A stretch of DNA of 64,000 bases from a bacterium (GTDB taxonomy: Bacteria > UBA8248 > JACPRG01 > G963555815), in assembly GCA_965218795.1 (NCBI GenBank), contig OZ244653.1:4480001-4544000 (forward strand). The letters are read 5' to 3'. The translations under genes and the position numbers were made by a program. The notes below the pieces were generated by a model, which saw nothing but the letters and a program-made list of their open reading frames with translations, made no database searches and was not told the origin of the DNA. Below, piece by piece: positions 60,812-64,000 of the stretch (position 1 is the stretch's first letter; each line of letters starts with the position of its first letter).

Positions 60812-61448
60812 ATGAGCCTTAACAGACGAATCCTCTTCTTCTTACTGCTCCCTCTCGTTTCCCTGAGTCTGCTCTTGGTCATCATCGAATCGGGGCTGTT
60901 TGTCCTCGAGAAGGTCGGAGTCCTCAGGCGAACGGGTTTTGTCTCCCGCCTCCTCCGTCCCAGCAATATCCCCAACATTGAATACGAGCTCGTCCCCAAC
61001 TCCGCTGACGCTGGGATTCGGATTAACAGTCTCGGATTTCGCTCCGACGAAATACCTCTGAAGAAGGTTGCCGGCGAGTTCCGCATCTTGGTGCTGGGAG
61101 ACTCGGTGACCTTCGGGACCGGAGGAAGGAACGAAGGCACCTATCCTTCAATTCTCCAGGAGCGTCTGCGGAGGTACATTCAAAAAGGGGTTCTCGGCTT
61201 CGGCTGAACGTCGTCACATGGGTATAGGCGGATACAACTCATGCGCCGAGTTACATTCCTCCAGTACAAAGGGATGATGCTGAAGGAAAGATACTGTGGC
61301 GGTCCCAAGGGTTCAATACCTGAATCACGGGCGCTCCATTTCGTTAAAGGACCGAACCCTGGCCTATGACGGAATGCACCTCACGCGAGCCGGCAACGAA
61401 ATCATCGCAGGCCACCTCTTCCCCGTCCTCAAAGATTCCATCCGCTGA
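60812..61448 (+). pseudogene. SGNH/GDSL hydrolase (O-acetylation-type), disrupted and internally deleted
   Basis: INSLGFR and LGDSVTFG, then MGIGGYN and 'DGMHLTRAGNEIIA' beyond the stop codon. Confidence 0.75.
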
Positions 61449-61720
61449 CCTTCATCTACATGTGAGTTTTGTTCTGGCGGTGTAAAGATTGGTGATGGAT
61501 GATTGATGCGTTGCGCCTGAAAGCCTACTGAGGATTCCGAATTCACAACAGTTCTGAAGCCTTGGTGAACGGATTTTATCTTGGATCCCTGAATGTAAGA
61601 CCTGACGCGATGATTTCCTTCCCAAAGGTGAGGGCAAGAAAATTTTGGATGGTGCGATGGAAAGCCGGTCGGGGTGGAATGGGGAGGTTGGTTTAGGACC
61701 GGCGGTGATTGTTGGATGAA

Positions 61721-63919
61721 TCAAGATTGAGACAAATTTCCTCGATTTGGGAATTCGATATCGAACAGATCAGGATCCTCCTTGCGTGCGACGTCCAGGC
61801 TGAGAAGCGTTCCGCAGTTGGGGCACGAAAACTCGCGGAGCTCCAGTTTTTCATGCAGGCGAATGAGCGGGCCGGCGGAGTTCGGCGGAAGAACTCCCCT
61901 CGCGGAATGATGCTTCCAGTTCTCAGACGCCGGGCCCAGGACGTGCCTGCATTTGCGGCAACGGACCGCGTTGTCTGCCCCCTGTTGAGTGAGTTCGACC
62001 GAATAGCCCAGCGGTAGAATCACCACGGCATGATCCTCCGACGGGCGATGCTTGAAACCGGCCGGCCGGTTTGTGAGCCTTTTCTGCCGGATCTTTTTGC
62101 GCTCGGCCTCTGTGGCATCGGCGTCCACCTCAAAAGTTCCGTCTTTGAGGACGACGCCGTAGAAGGTGCGGGCCGCTTCGGAAGTCACCCAGCGGCGGGC
62201 CACATCGCGCGCCACCCTCTCGGGTTCGCGATCCAGCGGATCCCCATACCCTCCACCTCCCTGCCAGGTGTACTCCAGCACGTCATCCTTGCAAAGCTGT
62301 ATTCTTCCCGGTTTGGCGCCGAGAGACTCCCATTGCGCGTCCAGCTTGCTGCTGTCCGAGGGGAATCGCCCGTCGCCGAATTGCGCCCTCACGTCCGAAT
62401 CGCGAAACACGCCGTTCACGATGCAGGACGCGGGGAAGCCGCCAAAGATGCCGGCCGAGTTGGGTACTTCGACCCCGTGAGAGACGAGAACCCCGTTCAG
62501 GCTTTCCACGTCGTGCAGAGCGAAAGCGAGGCCGCAGGCCAGGCCGCCGCGATGGTAGCCTGGGCCTCCGGAATCGGGAATCAGTCTCCGGTGCAGATAC
62601 AGGATGGGGGAGAAGTTTTCGTTGGTTTCGACGTTGGCGATGTTGGGCGTCGGGTTGTGGTAGCTCCCGGTCGCGTGCAGCCCGTCCCGGAATGAATGGG
62701 CGCCACCGCCGCCCGCCGACGCGTCGAGCAGGTAGGTGCCAAAGGGTTCCCCGTACTGATCCTTCCCCGACAGCGTGAGTACCGAGACGCCGCCGCGTGA
62801 CACCCCCTGGGCCTCCGAGCGATGTTCCCCTTTTGTTTGTACCAGCTTGGAAAGCGCCGCAATGACGACGTTCTCCACTACATGCGTCCCGGCCACCGAA
62901 GACATGCTGTTCGGCGCGGGCGGAATCGCGTTGCAGAGAGTGCCGGGGGGGGCCACGATCTCCATGGGTTTCAGCAACCCCTCGGTCCAAGGAATCTCGT
63001 AGGCCAAAATGGTGAAAGCCCCCGTCGCGACCCCTCCAATCAGTCCGGACTCCGTACAGTTGATGAAGCCGGGCGCCTGCGCGGAGGTCCCGCTGAAATC
63101 GAAGACCAGGTGGTCCTTCTTTTTTCGAACCTCGAGGGCCACCTTGTAGAGGCGGTTTTCGTGTCCGTCGTGATCGAGAAAATCGACTGCCCGGTAGATG
63201 CCGTCGGGGAGTTCCCGGAGGCGGTCTCTGAACCGCCGCTCCGAAAACCGGATCAGTTCGTCCATGACTCGGCGAACGGTTTCCGCTCCGTACCGTTGGA
63301 TGATCTCGAGAAATTGCCTCTTGGCCACGTTATTGGCGGCGATCATCGCCCGGAGGTCCAGACCCACCATGAAAGGGAGACGGGACATCGAGAGGATCAT
63401 GTTCCAAATGTCATTCCTGACCTTCCCTCCTTCGACCAACTTGACGGGGGGAATGACCATGGCCTCCTGAATTCTTTCGGTCGCCCTCGAGCACCAGCTT
63501 CCCGGGTCCATACCGCCCACATCGATCTGGTGGGCACAGGCCCCCACCCAGGCGAACAGTTCTCCGTCGACGAAGACGGGGGCTACGATGGAGACGTCCG
63601 GCGGGTGAAGGGCGCCCTTGTAGGGGTCATTGACGATGAACATGTCTCCGTCTTCGATCCCCGGATTTTCCGCACAGTCCCGCAAGGTGTACTTGATGAC
63701 TTGGGACATGGAGCCCGCGTGCAGGATGACCTGATGACTCATCTTTACGATGGATCCATCAGCCAGATACAGGCCGGTATTGAAATCGTTGGCTTCGGTC
63801 ACGATGGGGGAGCCGGAGACGGATTTTAGCGTAATGGCCTGCTCTTCCGGCACGGCCCACAGCTTGTGTTTCACGACTTCGAGGGTGACGGGATCGATTG
63901 AAGGATTGACCGTTTCCAT
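61721..63919 (-). CDS. hydantoinase B/oxoprolinase family protein with C-terminal acetone-carboxylase-gamma-like Zn domain
   Basis: Motifs DPVTLEV, NDPYKGALHPPD, HQIDVGG, DSGGPG..RGG and GGGGYGDPL. Tail has CRKC..ENWK and REFSCPNCGTLL. Confidence 0.9.
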   Translation of the reverse strand: METVNPSIDPVTLEVVKHKLWAVPEEQAITLKSVSGSPIVTEANDFNTGLYLADGSIVKMSHQVILHAGSMSQVIKYTLRDCAENPGIEDGDMFIVNDPYKGALHPPDVSIVAPVFVDGELFAWVGACAHQIDVGGMDPGSWCSRATERIQEAMVIPPVKLVEGGKVRNDIWNMILSMSRLPFMVGLDLRAMIAANNVAKRQFLEIIQRYGAETVRRVMDELIRFSERRFRDRLRELPDGIYRAVDFLDHDGHENRLYKVALEVRKKKDHLVFDFSGTSAQAPGFINCTESGLIGGVATGAFTILAYEIPWTEGLLKPMEIVAPPGTLCNAIPPAPNSMSSVAGTHVVENVVIAALSKLVQTKGEHRSEAQGVSRGGVSVLTLSGKDQYGEPFGTYLLDASAGGGGAHSFRDGLHATGSYHNPTPNIANVETNENFSPILYLHRRLIPDSGGPGYHRGGLACGLAFALHDVESLNGVLVSHGVEVPNSAGIFGGFPASCIVNGVFRDSDVRAQFGDGRFPSDSSKLDAQWESLGAKPGRIQLCKDDVLEYTWQGGGGYGDPLDREPERVARDVARRWVTSEAARTFYGVVLKDGTFEVDADATEAERKKIRQKRLTNRPAGFKHRPSEDHAVVILPLGYSVELTQQGADNAVRCRKCRHVLGPASENWKHHSARGVLPPNSAGPLIRLHEKLELREFSCPNCGTLLSLDVARKEDPDLFDIEFPNRGNLSQS

Positions 63920-63928
63920 GTCTTCCCC

Positions 63929-64000
63929 TCAGAGAGCCTCAATGGCGACGTTGAGGAACTGGTCCAGTGCCGCCTTTTGAGAAGGCCCAACGGCAATCGT
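63929..64000 (-). CDS. hydantoinase A/oxoprolinase, C-terminal end (partial)
   Basis: TIAVGPSQKAALDQFLNVAIEAL* resembles the HyuA C-terminus and lies directly upstream of the HyuB-like gene. Confidence 0.65.
   Translation of the reverse strand, partial: TIAVGPSQKAALDQFLNVAIEAL

Noticed and set aside
61449-61720. Intergenic stretch as attachment site or ncRNA at the island boundary
   Set aside because: I found no tRNA fragment, direct repeat or convincing structure by eye.

Overview
GC-rich bacterial DNA in three parts. (1) 1-16.3 kb: small-molecule and N-heterocycle catabolism genes. These include a tandem RidA, an orphan xanthine-dehydrogenase-family Mo subunit, a nitrilase-family hydrolase, a Rieske + SBP + amidohydrolase-fold trio, deaminases and an incomplete BMP-type nucleoside ABC transporter, with several gene remnants among them. 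(2) A complete IS3-family element (16264-17533) without a target duplication; the genes on both sides are truncated. It is followed by a ~43-kb surface-glycan island, almost all on the + strand. The island starts with an EPS-type MarR regulator with a clear promoter and palindrome, a structured intergenic leader and an UpxY/RfaH-type NusG paralog. It then carries a BFD-[2Fe-2S] hypothetical pair, a PglK/MsbA-like flippase, two candidate transferases, two NeuB-family nonulosonate synthases, PseG, SpsF, formyl-, methyl- and amido-transferases, and several GT-C-like membrane proteins. A 15-kb core (33.9-49.0 kb) is fully intact, while its flanks carry many frameshifts, deletions and remnants. (3) 61.7-64 kb: hydantoinase/oxoprolinase genes on the - strand. 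No rRNA, tRNA or CRISPR array was seen. All calls rest on motif recognition by eye; no database searches were run.
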